From contig OZ242005.1 of the NCBI GenBank assembly GCA_965204725.1, forward strand, positions 3,936,001 through 4,000,000: a stretch of 64,000 bases of DNA, in the 5' to 3' direction. Both the position numbers and the translations under genes were made by a program. Positions 28,477 through 38,892 of the stretch are shown here, in pieces. Position 1 is the first letter of the stretch; each line of letters opens with the position of its first letter. The notes beneath the pieces were generated by a model, which saw only the letters and a program-made list of their open reading frames with translations, had not been told where the DNA came from and did not search any database. This DNA comes from Candidatus Latescibacterota bacterium. Its GTDB lineage: Bacteria > Latescibacterota > UBA2968 > UBA8231.

Positions 28477-30153
28477 ATGAAAAGCCCAACGAAGGTAACC
28501 GCATTCATGGTGCCCCTGCTACTATTGGTAGGGCCAGCACCTCATTTTGCTGAGACCTATGAACCCCAACCTGTCGAGACCATGATCGAGGAGTCCGATC
28601 TCGTCGTGATCGGCATGGTAGAGAAAACGTCTATCTATGAAGATGAAAAAGGAGACGTTAGAAGGAAGACGACGATAAGCATTAAAGAGGTCATCAAGGG
28701 TGGAGATAAAGACATCGGTGAAACCATCATCGTGGACCACCGTGAAGGAACCCCGGGATCAAAGGGCGGAGCAGTCGAACAGTACTTCTACTTCAGACCC
28801 ACCTTCACACTAGGTGAACAGACTCTCCTCATGCTGTTAAGCAGAGGAGACACATACGAAGTCACAGGGGCTTTCCGCGGTAAAATCGATATAATCGGAG
28901 ATAAAATTGGGGGAATCGATACAAACCTTACCGCTTTCAAAGAGGCCATAAAACGAGTCGATAGGAAAGAGGTCTCGCAGTTGGAAGTCGAGATGGTTCC
29001 TATTGAGTACCAGTTGGATAAGGTCCGTGCGGCAAGTGGAAAGCGTGCTGCGAAAGCCACCTCTAGAAATGGGTCTCACTTGAATGGCCAATTTTATGCT
29101 CAGATAGGATACCGCCATCACCCGCCACTTCATGCCATTACCTTCCACATCAATCCAGATGGTGCTAGAGATGGAAATGGCAATCCGATCCCATTCAGTG
29201 ACTTGAAAACAGCTATGGATGCCTGTGTCGCCCAGTGGAATAGCATTGAAGATGGCCTTATTAGGTTTCGAGTAGCTAGCGTCCCGACCGGAAGAACGCA
29301 CAATAGATATGATTCGTGGAGTACGGTAACGTTTGGAGACGATTTGGACGGGCTAACAGCCCGTGCATCGAGTACGCACGGTAGAATAGTTACCTCGGAT
29401 ATCCGTCTCAGTACGCACCACACTTGGACTACGTCTGAGACGTATCCAAGCTCAAGTTCTTGGACCGTAGCTCAGCCCAAAGATTTCAGGGATGTGATGA
29501 CCCACGAGCTAGGTCATTCTGTCGGGCTTGGACATAGCGATCTGCCTGATAATACCATGTACTACTTCTCGGTCAGAACTGAAACAAAGCGCCGTACGCT
29601 GGCATGGGGGGACAAGGCTGGCGGCGTCTATATGACTACGGCACCTGGGAAAGCTGGAGACGGCGTTTTAGATTTTGACCAAGATTGGTCCGCCTTCACC
29701 GGTAGCAGCGAAGCAATCGTCCTATACCGAAATATAACCGTTCCCTCTGGGAGAACACTAACCATAGAGTCCGGTCTCTCCATCAATATGAATGGATATA
29801 CGATCACATCTACAGGGGGCACAATTAACGGGACCGTACCTGCCAAATCCGTAACTGTAACCGGTCCGTCCGCCGCCCCAACTATCTTGAGCGTTGCGCC
29901 CAATCCCTCTAACCCCTCTACAACCATTCGATTTAATCTCCCCCAGCCGATGGCGGTCTCCCTCTCGATCTACGATCTGTTGGGGCAGCGAATTCGTACG
30001 CTTATTTCCAGCGAATATCGCCGAGCAGGGAGTTACTCTGCGGTGTGGAACGGACGCGATCTATTGGGGCAACAGGCCGCATCGGGGGTCTATTTTATCA
30101 ATCTTCATGCGGGCGAGCAGCTATACCGAGAAAAACTGACTTTAGTGCATTGA
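28477..30153 (+). CDS. Secreted matrixin-like (metzincin) zinc protease with an FlgD-Ig/T9SS-like C-terminus
   Basis: HELGHSVGLGH, Met-turn NTMY, tail PNPSNPSTTIRF..IYDLLGQ..WNGRD..ASGVYF. Confidence 0.85.
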   Translation: MKSPTKVTAFMVPLLLLVGPAPHFAETYEPQPVETMIEESDLVVIGMVEKTSIYEDEKGDVRRKTTISIKEVIKGGDKDIGETIIVDHREGTPGSKGGAVEQYFYFRPTFTLGEQTLLMLLSRGDTYEVTGAFRGKIDIIGDKIGGIDTNLTAFKEAIKRVDRKEVSQLEVEMVPIEYQLDKVRAASGKRAAKATSRNGSHLNGQFYAQIGYRHHPPLHAITFHINPDGARDGNGNPIPFSDLKTAMDACVAQWNSIEDGLIRFRVASVPTGRTHNRYDSWSTVTFGDDLDGLTARASSTHGRIVTSDIRLSTHHTWTTSETYPSSSSWTVAQPKDFRDVMTHELGHSVGLGHSDLPDNTMYYFSVRTETKRRTLAWGDKAGGVYMTTAPGKAGDGVLDFDQDWSAFTGSSEAIVLYRNITVPSGRTLTIESGLSINMNGYTITSTGGTINGTVPAKSVTVTGPSAAPTILSVAPNPSNPSTTIRFNLPQPMAVSLSIYDLLGQRIRTLISSEYRRAGSYSAVWNGRDLLGQQAASGVYFINLHAGEQLYREKLTLVH

Positions 30154-30154
30154 A

Positions 30155-33100
30155 CTAGCAGCGTATGTTCTGTCGGGCTGTCGCAAGCCAAATCGCACAC
30201 AGCGGCACCACCAATACCAGCAACACTGAGGAGGACGCCAAGCCGCCCGAGGTCCCCAAGGCCAAAGTGTACCAGAAGTCGGTTTTTTCGCCTTGCAGCA
30301 ACATGGGCAGAAACCCAGCGATCGTCGTAAGGGTGGTGATGAAGATGGGGCGCAAGCGTTGAAAGGCCGCTTGGGCAATGGCCTCGGTGGGAGCGGTCGG
30401 CTGTCGCTTCAAGGTGGTGGAGATGGTGTAAACGAGCAGGATAGAATTGTTGACGGCAATGCCCATCAACAGCAACAAGGCCGCATAGCTGCCTTGGTTA
30501 AAAGGGGCGTCGGACAAAAAGAGCGCGGCACCCATCCCTATGAGCGCGAGGGGCAGGGCAATGAGCACCAATAGCGGCTGGGTCCAAGACTCAAAGAGCG
30601 CGGCGGCGACCATCCAGACCAAAAGAACCGCCAAAAGCACGACACCCCCCAGTTCTCGCCGCTCCTTTTTGTCCATCTCGTATATCATGGGATTGGAAAG
30701 GCTATAACCGTATGGCAGCGACGTGTGATCGACGATGTCTTGTAGGATGCTGTTAGAATAAGAGTAGCTTCCCAAAACCGTGAATCCAATGGTGCGGATG
30801 TAGCGTTGGTTTTCGCGTTTTATGCTGGGCGTCACGGCTCGTTTCTGAATGTGGGCAACGTGCCCGATGCGCGCTGGGTGTGCATCCAAAGCGACTTGGC
30901 TGAGGCGGCGGATGGTCATGCGACTGGCTCCGGTGTCGGCGACGCTTACAGCGTATTGTCGCCCGTCCATATAGACGTGTGCAAGAGCAGTGCCGACTGC
31001 GAGCCGATCTTGGATTTCATGTACGAGGTTGATGTGCCCTAGGCCGAGTGGCGCGGTTTTTCTATGGTCGAACTGGGCCACTATTTCGCGCTGGGACGGG
31101 CCATAGGCAAAGTCGATGTGAATGTCCTTAATCCGCCGCGAGCGACGCTGCTTTAGCTGCTTGGCAATGTCTTCGGCAATGTTGCCTACCTGCCCAAAGT
31201 TGAACCCATGGATACTAAGCTGGTTGGAAACGCTCCGGCTGCCCCCCAAATGCTTGCCGAACCCATCCATCCCCTTGCCATATACGGAGAACCCCACGCC
31301 GCCGATATTGCTCTCATAGGCCGCTAAACGTTCGTAGAGGATGTATGGTATATCCGAGGCGCGGTACTCTTCCTTTATCAGCACCTGAATAAGCCCGTAC
31401 TGACCCGAACTTTGGGTGATGATGCCCTCGATATACGGCGCGAAGTTGAACAATTGTTTTTCGACATCGCGCAAAACTTTGTCCATCCTGCTTATGTGGG
31501 AGTTATAGGGCATCTGGAGGGTGACGATCAGTGAGAAGCCCTCTGAGAGTTCGCGCAAAAGGTGCCGGGGAGGTTGTCGGTCGAGCCGGTGCGATAGATC
31601 GCGGAAGAGAAAATACGTCGCCCCGCCAACCACCTTGAAAAGCACCGGCTTGACCGCAGCCACTATGGGGTTGCTCCACACTTGGTTGTAGAGGTCGGCC
31701 CCGTCGTCGTAGAGCCGCTCCCAGAGCGGACGATCCTCTTGCGAGCTTTTAGGTAGGAAGGTCGTGCGGCCAAATAGGCTAGACGAAGCGGTTGTATCTC
31801 TCGTCGCAAGCCCCGCCTTGTACTGTTGTCGCGTGGTGATTTTGTCGGCGGACGCGGCCGGCACGAGTTCCCGCTTGTCGCCGAGTTCATCCGGCAATAT
31901 CCACAGCGGGACGCCCACCAACCACACGACTAAACCGAGAAACAGTACTTTGCGACGGACGCAAAAAGAGAGGACCGTGCGATACAAGCGGTAGATGCGG
32001 TCTGTGGGTGCAACCGGAACGATGGCCGACCGTGCGACCGTCTGGTAGAAGAAGGTCGGGATCAGGGTGAGGGCGACTAGGAGGGCGATGATGAGGGTTA
32101 GCCCTAGGGCCACTACAAACGGTTCGAAATAACCTTGTAATTCTCGGGAGAGGAAAAACACCGGCAGAAAGGCCCCCAAAGTGGTCAGGTTAGAGACGAC
32201 GATAGGATGAACCCCATCGCGCAATCCCGCGGCCACCGCCGCCCGCAAATCCCCTTCGGGGCCGCAGGATTGGGTGCGGCGGTGGAGATAGTCGTAGATG
32301 ACAATGGCGTTGTCCACGACCAGCCCAAAACCGATAGTAAAGCCGGCGAGGGTAGCGAGGTTTAGGTGAATGCCGAGGGCAAAGAACAACACGACTGCCC
32401 CTAAGACGGACAACCAGATGGAGCTCAAGATGAGCAAGACCGTTTGAAGCCGCCTGAAAACCCCGATCAGCACCAACGCAATAAACGCGATGGAAAAGGC
32501 CGACCAGCGCAGCAGAAAGCGGAAGTCCCGCTCTAGCTCGGCTCCCTTGTCGTGCAGTGCGATGATCTCAAAGCCCTCGGGCAGGTGCTGGGAGAGTTCG
32601 GCTACTTTCTCCCGGATGTGCTGGGAGGCGCGGATCATGTCGCTACCGGGTGTTTTTTCAAATTGGATGGCAATTGCGTTGCGCCCGTTGATTCGGTAGA
32701 GCGACGAAGGTGGGCCGGGCTGGTAGCGCACGGTCGCCACGTCCCCCGTGTACACGGGGCGGCCGTGCTCCAGCCGCTTGAGTGGCGCGTACTTGAGGGT
32801 CTCCAAGTCTGCGAGGTTGCCGCGAAGCTGGATGCTACTGAGTGTGCCTTGGCTCGGTGTCTCGCCGAGGAAACGGGTCTGGATGCCCTGAGCGGCTAGT
32901 GCTTGGCTCAGTACACCTTGGTCTATTTGCCAGTGCTGCGCCAAGAGGTGGTTCATTTCGAGGAGGATGTGCTGTTGGCTGCCGCCGCGCACGGTCACCT
33001 GCTCGACGCCCGGCACGGATTGCAAGGGCAGCCGCAAGTGCTCGTCTGCGTATTGGCGCAGGACCGCGGAGTCTTCGCGGCCAAGGAGCATTAAACGGAC

Positions 33101-33514
33101 GAAGTTTGGGTTGTTCAGCTGATCGGGATCGGTGTGCTGAATGCGGGGCGGCGAAGCACCGAGCGGCATTTGGCGGCGGAACGAATACACCTTTTCGGCT
33201 AGTGATAGCTCGGCCAGTTGTATGTCTGTATCGGGCGCGAATTCAGCGGCGATGTACGCACGCCCCTCGGAACTGGTTGAGCTCAACAGGACCACGCCCC
33301 GCAGACTCTGCACGAGCGACTCCAAGGGCGCGGTAATCTGCGACTCAACGGTGAAAGCAGAAACCCCAGGCCACTCAACGCTCACGGTGAGTTGGGGAGC
33401 GTCTAATGGGCCGCCGATGTCAATAGGTACCAGCCGAAAACAAACCAGCCCCAATGCCAACACCGCCACTCCGGCTACGCCCACGGTCACGGGCCTGTCC
33501 AGCAACTTGTGCAT
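30155..33514 (-). CDS. RND efflux permease subunit
   Basis: GLVVDNAIV, GIAVNNSILL, RLRPIFITTLTT; 12-TM layout with a mid-protein insertion. Confidence 0.92.
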   Translation of the reverse strand: MHKLLDRPVTVGVAGVAVLALGLVCFRLVPIDIGGPLDAPQLTVSVEWPGVSAFTVESQITAPLESLVQSLRGVVLLSSTSSEGRAYIAAEFAPDTDIQLAELSLAEKVYSFRRQMPLGASPPRIQHTDPDQLNNPNFVRLMLLGREDSAVLRQYADEHLRLPLQSVPGVEQVTVRGGSQQHILLEMNHLLAQHWQIDQGVLSQALAAQGIQTRFLGETPSQGTLSSIQLRGNLADLETLKYAPLKRLEHGRPVYTGDVATVRYQPGPPSSLYRINGRNAIAIQFEKTPGSDMIRASQHIREKVAELSQHLPEGFEIIALHDKGAELERDFRFLLRWSAFSIAFIALVLIGVFRRLQTVLLILSSIWLSVLGAVVLFFALGIHLNLATLAGFTIGFGLVVDNAIVIYDYLHRRTQSCGPEGDLRAAVAAGLRDGVHPIVVSNLTTLGAFLPVFFLSRELQGYFEPFVVALGLTLIIALLVALTLIPTFFYQTVARSAIVPVAPTDRIYRLYRTVLSFCVRRKVLFLGLVVWLVGVPLWILPDELGDKRELVPAASADKITTRQQYKAGLATRDTTASSSLFGRTTFLPKSSQEDRPLWERLYDDGADLYNQVWSNPIVAAVKPVLFKVVGGATYFLFRDLSHRLDRQPPRHLLRELSEGFSLIVTLQMPYNSHISRMDKVLRDVEKQLFNFAPYIEGIITQSSGQYGLIQVLIKEEYRASDIPYILYERLAAYESNIGGVGFSVYGKGMDGFGKHLGGSRSVSNQLSIHGFNFGQVGNIAEDIAKQLKQRRSRRIKDIHIDFAYGPSQREIVAQFDHRKTAPLGLGHINLVHEIQDRLAVGTALAHVYMDGRQYAVSVADTGASRMTIRRLSQVALDAHPARIGHVAHIQKRAVTPSIKRENQRYIRTIGFTVLGSYSYSNSILQDIVDHTSLPYGYSLSNPMIYEMDKKERRELGGVVLLAVLLVWMVAAALFESWTQPLLVLIALPLALIGMGAALFLSDAPFNQGSYAALLLLMGIAVNNSILLVYTISTTLKRQPTAPTEAIAQAAFQRLRPIFITTLTTIAGFLPMLLQGEKTDFWYTLALGTSGGLASSSVLLVLVVPLCAIWLATARQNIRC

Positions 33515-33515
33515 G

Positions 33516-36500
33516 TCAGTCTCTCGCCCGAGCGACGACCGAGTAGAGAATGGGGACGGCGATCAGGATCAACAAGGTTGATAGAGAAATGCCGCCGACA
33601 ACCGCCCACGCCAAGGGACGGCGCAACTCGGCGCCACTGCCGCTAGACAAGGCCATGGGCAACAAGCCGCAGACCGTGGTCAAAGTCGTCATGCAGATGG
33701 GGCGCAAGCGCTTTTGTCCGGCTTCCACGATGGCTTGGCCTAGGTCGCCGCTGGCCCGGTAGTGCCGGTGGATAAAATCGGTTTTGACGATGGAATCGTT
33801 CACTACAATTCCCACGAGGACGATACATCCCAACAAGGACATGATATTTAGTGAGTTACCCGTTAGCCACAGGGTACAGACGACCCCAATGGACGCGAGG
33901 GGCACGGCCACGACGATCACAAAAGGAACGACGAGGGACTCAAACTGGGCGGCGAGAATGAAATAGACCAATACGATGGAAATGGAGAGAATGAGGTACA
34001 GGTTTTGATAGTGTCCCTGCAACTCGGTGTGCTGGGTGCCGATCTCAATCCAGTATCCGGCGGGGATGGCTAGCTGGGGCAGGAATTCGTTTAGCCGAGC
34101 CTTGGCTTCGGCAAAGTCGAGGCCCTGTAAGGAGGCCGTGACGGCGACGGTGCGTGCTTGGTTTTCGCGGTGGATGGCTTCGTAGCCCTCGCTCGGTTTG
34201 AGGCGGACCAACTGAGCAAGCGGAACGGCGACAAGGCGGCCTTGCGTTCTGACTGGGTACTGCATGTTGAGGACGCGCCACAAGTCGAGTTCGGCGCGGT
34301 GCTCAGCTCGCACCTTGATGTCTATGCGATCGGCAAAATTGACGAACTGGGTGGGCGTACTGCCTTGTAGTTGGCGGTTGATAAAGTCGGCAAGTTCGGC
34401 GAGGCGGATGCCGTACTGTAGGGCCGCTTCCCGCTGTACCTCGACGTTGAACACTTGCTTGCTGGCCTGCAAATTAGCGCGGGCGTTGGCAAAGCCGGCG
34501 TCCCGCTGCATAAAATCTGTGATCCGCTGGCTCAAATCGGCGAGGACGGTTAGCTGCGGCCCGATAATTTTCAAGTCGAATTGAGTCTGGTGCTGCTGAA
34601 AGAGCTGCTCAAAGGCCGATTCCGGTGGCGACAGGGAGAGGGTTAGGCGACTGAACTCCCCAAAGGCCGCTTCGATCCGCTCGGCGACGTTTGCGCTTTC
34701 GCGGCCCTCGGCAATCTCGATGTCTAGCACCGCTTTGTTCAGTCCGAGTCGGTACTGTCGGTCGAGGATTTCGCATGTGATGCCGATGGATGAGAGCACG
34801 GACGCGACGCCGTCCTCGCGCAGCAGGCGGCGTTCCAGTTTGGTAACTTCCGCCGCAGTGGTCGGCAGATTGGTCCCTGGCGGCAGTTCGGCGCGGAGGA
34901 CTAAATGCTTCCTATCGACGGTGGGTATGAGCTCTCGCTCTAGATCGGTGGCTAGATAGGTACTCAGTGCAAGGAGGACGAACAGTGTGCAGAAGACTTT
35001 CCAGCGATGGCGCAGGGCGCGGACGAGGCCGTACTCGTACAGCAAGAAAAACTTATTGAACAGGTATTGAAAGAGGTCTATGGTGAGGAGGAAAGGGGTG
35101 GCTGCTACGCGCCCAATGCGGTAAAGCCGCCCCGTTGTATTAGGTGCGTTCCAAGACCGAGCCGACAGCATGGGCAGTAGCATGATCGACACGATCAAAG
35201 AGGCTGCCAACGCCAGAGAGATGGTGACGGCCTGCTCGTAAAAGAGTGCCCCAGCGATCCCTTTGACGTACACCAAGGGCATGAAAACCGACATGGTGGT
35301 AAGGGTCGAAGCCGTGATGGCCAAGCCCACCTCGCGGGTGCCGCGGACTGCTGCTTCGCCCGGATCGTGAGACATTTCGCGGTAGCGGTAGATGTTTTCC
35401 AGCACGACGATGGAGTTGTCAACTAAGATGCCGATGCCTAAGGCGAGGCCCCCCAACGACACAACGTTAAAGTGGATGTCGAGAAAGTACATACAGATAA
35501 AGGTGGCAATAATGGAGATCGGTATGGACAGCCCCACGATGAGCGGGTTTTTGAGATCGCGAAGAAAGTAAATGAGAATGACAAAGGCAAAGAGTCCGCC
35601 CAAGTACAGAGATTGTAGGACGTTGTGTATGGATTCGCTGATGAACTCGGCTTGGTCGAAGACCGGCACGACGTCGAAGTCCGCGTACTCTTGCGAAAAG
35701 CGATAGAGGCTGTCATACACTTTTGCGGAGGCTTCCACGGTGTTGGTGCCGGCCTCCTTGAACACATACAGGGTAATAACTTCGTGTCCATTCAAACGGG
35801 TGTAGCCGGTGCGTTCCGCATAGCCTTCTTCGACGCGGGCCACGTCCTGTAAGCGGATTAGTTTGGGCGTTAGCTGCACCGGGGTTTGGCGGATTTGTTG
35901 TACGTCGGTGAACTCGGCTTGTATGCGCAGGGGAAACTGGGCAAAACCGTCGCGGATCGAGCCGCCGAAGTGGGTTATGTTGAACTGCTTGAGACTGGAT
36001 TCCACCTCTGCAAAGCCGACGTTATAGCGCAGGCTTTTCTCGGTGTCGAGATGGATTTGGATCTCGCGGTCTAGCCCGCCAGCGACCTGCACGTAGGCCA
36101 CGCCATCGATCTGCTCTAACCGGCGTTTGACGACGGCCTGCGCCACTTCCTTCAGTTCCATGAGGGCGGCTTGGTGGTCCCAGGTGGAGCGGGGCTGTTC
36201 GACCCGATCGCCGGTGACCACGAGCGTCATAATGGGGGCGGCCGAAGGATCGAAGCGCAAAATGGTAGGGCGGCCGGCCGTTTGCGGCAGGTGGCCTTGA
36301 TCGAGGCTGCTGCGTGCCTTGATGAAGCTGAGGTCCATGTCGCTGCCCCAGTTGAACTCGACCTCGACAAAAGAGATGCCGTCTTGCGAGATGGACTTGA
36401 GCCGCCGTACGCCGCTTATGGTGCTGAGAGATGCTTCGATGGGACGGGTGACATGTTCTTCTACGTCGCGGGCACTTAGGCTGGGTGCGTCCGTGCGGAC

Positions 36501-36638
36501 GATGAGCCGGGGAATGTCGATGTCGGGGAGGAAATCTACGCCTAGCCGAGAGAGAGAGTATAAACCCAAGAGGAGCGCGGCGAGAAAGCAAACCGTAGTG
36601 GCCACGGGTCGATAGACGGCAAAGCGCACGATACGCAT
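33516..36638 (-). CDS. RND efflux permease subunit (second paralogue)
   Basis: Start MRIVRFAVYRPV at 36638; GILVDNSIVVLENI, GIVVNDSI, RLRPICMTTLTT. Confidence 0.93.
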   Translation of the reverse strand: MRIVRFAVYRPVATTVCFLAALLLGLYSLSRLGVDFLPDIDIPRLIVRTDAPSLSARDVEEHVTRPIEASLSTISGVRRLKSISQDGISFVEVEFNWGSDMDLSFIKARSSLDQGHLPQTAGRPTILRFDPSAAPIMTLVVTGDRVEQPRSTWDHQAALMELKEVAQAVVKRRLEQIDGVAYVQVAGGLDREIQIHLDTEKSLRYNVGFAEVESSLKQFNITHFGGSIRDGFAQFPLRIQAEFTDVQQIRQTPVQLTPKLIRLQDVARVEEGYAERTGYTRLNGHEVITLYVFKEAGTNTVEASAKVYDSLYRFSQEYADFDVVPVFDQAEFISESIHNVLQSLYLGGLFAFVILIYFLRDLKNPLIVGLSIPISIIATFICMYFLDIHFNVVSLGGLALGIGILVDNSIVVLENIYRYREMSHDPGEAAVRGTREVGLAITASTLTTMSVFMPLVYVKGIAGALFYEQAVTISLALAASLIVSIMLLPMLSARSWNAPNTTGRLYRIGRVAATPFLLTIDLFQYLFNKFFLLYEYGLVRALRHRWKVFCTLFVLLALSTYLATDLERELIPTVDRKHLVLRAELPPGTNLPTTAAEVTKLERRLLREDGVASVLSSIGITCEILDRQYRLGLNKAVLDIEIAEGRESANVAERIEAAFGEFSRLTLSLSPPESAFEQLFQQHQTQFDLKIIGPQLTVLADLSQRITDFMQRDAGFANARANLQASKQVFNVEVQREAALQYGIRLAELADFINRQLQGSTPTQFVNFADRIDIKVRAEHRAELDLWRVLNMQYPVRTQGRLVAVPLAQLVRLKPSEGYEAIHRENQARTVAVTASLQGLDFAEAKARLNEFLPQLAIPAGYWIEIGTQHTELQGHYQNLYLILSISIVLVYFILAAQFESLVVPFVIVVAVPLASIGVVCTLWLTGNSLNIMSLLGCIVLVGIVVNDSIVKTDFIHRHYRASGDLGQAIVEAGQKRLRPICMTTLTTVCGLLPMALSSGSGAELRRPLAWAVVGGISLSTLLILIAVPILYSVVARARD

Positions 36639-36649
36639 GGCCGGTGCTC

Positions 36650-37816
36650 TCAGCGTTGGACGACCACGACCTTGGCGTCGTGGGCTAGATTGTAGTGCCC
36701 GAATACGATAAGTTCTTCGCCTGCTTCTACCCCTTCGGTAATCTCGATAAAGTCGTCGTTTTCGAGGCCGGTCTTGACGTAGCGCCATTGGGCTAGCCCG
36801 TCTTGGTGGATGAACACTAGCTTGCGGTCGTCGCGGGTTAGGAGCGCGTCGCGCGGTATGAGCAGCCGCTGCTGAAAGGCTTCGACGCCGATTTCGAGCC
36901 GGGCGAACATACCGGGTTTGATGCGCCGGTCGGGGTTGGCCACTTGGATCAAGATGCGGCAAGTTCCGCTTTCACTATCGACTACCGGACTGATGGCTTT
37001 GACCGCACCCACAAACGAGTCGTCGGGATACGCGTGCAACGCGATGGTTGCTTGGGCACCGACGTGTAGCAGGCGCAGTTCGCTTTCGAGGCTGCTGACT
37101 TCGAGCAGCAGCGGGTCGAGTGCCAAAAGCTGCATCAGGGACTGGCCTTGGGTGACCCAAGTGCCGAGGGTTACTTCCACTTCGGTAACAGTGCCGACAA
37201 AAGGTGCTGTAATAACTGCATTTTTGCGGTCGAGGTCGGCCTGCTTCAGGGCGAGTCGAGCGCGGGTTAGGCCCGTAGTGCTGGCGATCCATTCTTTGGG
37301 GGTGCCGCTGGCAAACAGCGATAGAGCTTCTACGTCGTTGATGTTGGTGGTGTCGGCTTTGGTCTTGATGAGGTCGCGTGCTTGGTGCCCGCGGTCCAAT
37401 TGGCCGCTCAACAAGGCTATGGAGGCGTATTCCCGTAGGGCGCGCGTCATCTGGTCCTTTGCCTGTAGGTACGCGATGGCATAGCGTTCCGCGTCTAGCT
37501 CCAAAATAGTATCTCCCTTGCTGACGAAGCGACCTTCCTCGACGTTGAGGCGGCGCACTTGGCCGGCTATTTGGGAGACGATAGCCGTCTCCATTTTGGC
37601 CTTGAAGACGCCTGTCGAGGTGATTTTCTGAACGAGGTCGCGGTGCTGGACGGTGTCTATGGCGACCGGAGTGTTGGGTGGTTCAAGTTCGGGGAGAGTG
37701 TCGAGGGATTCATCGCGGGGATTTTGCGATGGCGCGGAATCGCTGAAAATCGCAAATAATAGGGTGAGTAGCCCAAGCGCGAGAGCGATATATAGGAGTT
37801 TCTTTAGTGTCGTCAT
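36650..37816 (-). CDS. RND periplasmic adaptor (MFP)
   Basis: N-terminal TM, VEEGRFVSKGD, ITAPFVG, IKPGMFA. Confidence 0.92.
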   Translation of the reverse strand: MTTLKKLLYIALALGLLTLLFAIFSDSAPSQNPRDESLDTLPELEPPNTPVAIDTVQHRDLVQKITSTGVFKAKMETAIVSQIAGQVRRLNVEEGRFVSKGDTILELDAERYAIAYLQAKDQMTRALREYASIALLSGQLDRGHQARDLIKTKADTTNINDVEALSLFASGTPKEWIASTTGLTRARLALKQADLDRKNAVITAPFVGTVTEVEVTLGTWVTQGQSLMQLLALDPLLLEVSSLESELRLLHVGAQATIALHAYPDDSFVGAVKAISPVVDSESGTCRILIQVANPDRRIKPGMFARLEIGVEAFQQRLLIPRDALLTRDDRKLVFIHQDGLAQWRYVKTGLENDDFIEITEGVEAGEELIVFGHYNLAHDAKVVVVQR

Positions 37817-38892
37817 TTTGTAAGCTCGCGATCTTTGCCATGGACAAGATCAACGCTCAGTTGCGATCTGCTCAAGGTTTGAGAGTGAGCGGCTAGAACA
37901 TCTAGGGCCTTCCGTTCTTGGATGGCGATGGCGTGAAGCCGGGCCTGAATGCGCGGGATTAGCCTTGGCGTCTCCTTGACTACGCCTTTGAAGCACAGAT
38001 TTTTGGCGACAAACCAACTCTGAGAAATCGACTCGAATTCCCGGCCGAGAGCACTTAGGCCATCAAGGCCGCAGATCCGACTCGCATAGTGGAGAAAGGC
38101 ACCGTGTCCTTCTCGGTTCAGGGCGATCTCGAGGAACAGTTCAGTACATTGATTCAGGCGTGTTTTGAGAAGTTGCTTTTCGCATTCCGTCCATATTTCT
38201 ACGTCCTCGGCGAGCTGCTCAATCCCGGCCACGCCCGGTACGCAATTGGCCCGTATGCTGGTTGCAGACATACTGGCGATATTGCGTTGCAGAATGGCGA
38301 CTACATGGCGCAGACGCACCCTAGGCGGCTCGTCCGGTACGTCTAGCCAGAGCCAGTCAAAGCAGGGCTGGTCCGCGCCAGCAATAGCCCGCGTGTCCCA
38401 ACACGATAGAAAGAGGTCCAAGGGGATGTCTCGCGCCGAAGGCTGCCACGGCGAAGGATCTATCAAATGAACGGTCCCAGCCCCATCATCATACCCGGCG
38501 ACGATGCACTGATGGTCTGAGTGACGCTGGCGCGGATAGAACCCGGCTCCCGCTAGATGGAAGACGTCTAGATTGATGGATACAGGCGCATCTGCATCCA
38601 ATCGTTTTTTGACTTGGTTCCACGCCGCCCTACCATCATCAGAAGTCTCGTCGAATGGCTTAATGCCGAACCGCTGGATCATGGAAAAGAGGGGAGCTGG
38701 GCGACTCCTGATGTTGAACGATTCGCCTCTAAAGTAGAAAAAGTCCCAGTTGTAAAAAGCGGGCAGCGACGGTTCCCATTGGTAGTAGCGCAACAAGCTG
38801 TCGAGCATGACGTAGAGGCAGTTGTAGTGCCGATTAGTGCAGAAGGGAATACCGCTAATGCGCTTTTTCACAACGAACCTGCTTCTTGACAC
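37813..38892 (-). CDS. BtrH-like papain-fold protein (putative acyl-ACP transferase or peptidase)
   Basis: NCLY, PVSINLDVFHL, HSDHQCIVAGYDD, LIDP (Cys-His-Asp pattern); helical C-terminus; near an ACP gene. Confidence 0.75.
   Translation of the reverse strand: MSRSRFVVKKRISGIPFCTNRHYNCLYVMLDSLLRYYQWEPSLPAFYNWDFFYFRGESFNIRSRPAPLFSMIQRFGIKPFDETSDDGRAAWNQVKKRLDADAPVSINLDVFHLAGAGFYPRQRHSDHQCIVAGYDDGAGTVHLIDPSPWQPSARDIPLDLFLSCWDTRAIAGADQPCFDWLWLDVPDEPPRVRLRHVVAILQRNIASMSATSIRANCVPGVAGIEQLAEDVEIWTECEKQLLKTRLNQCTELFLEIALNREGHGAFLHYASRICGLDGLSALGREFESISQSWFVAKNLCFKGVVKETPRLIPRIQARLHAIAIQERKALDVLAAHSQTLSRSQLSVDLVHGKDRELTK

Noticed and set aside
36639-36962. N-terminal extensions in the ORF track (also 9951, 24817, 41742, 42287, 49020, 59707)
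   Set aside because: They overlap upstream genes or lack an RBS; downstream starts fit family N-termini better.
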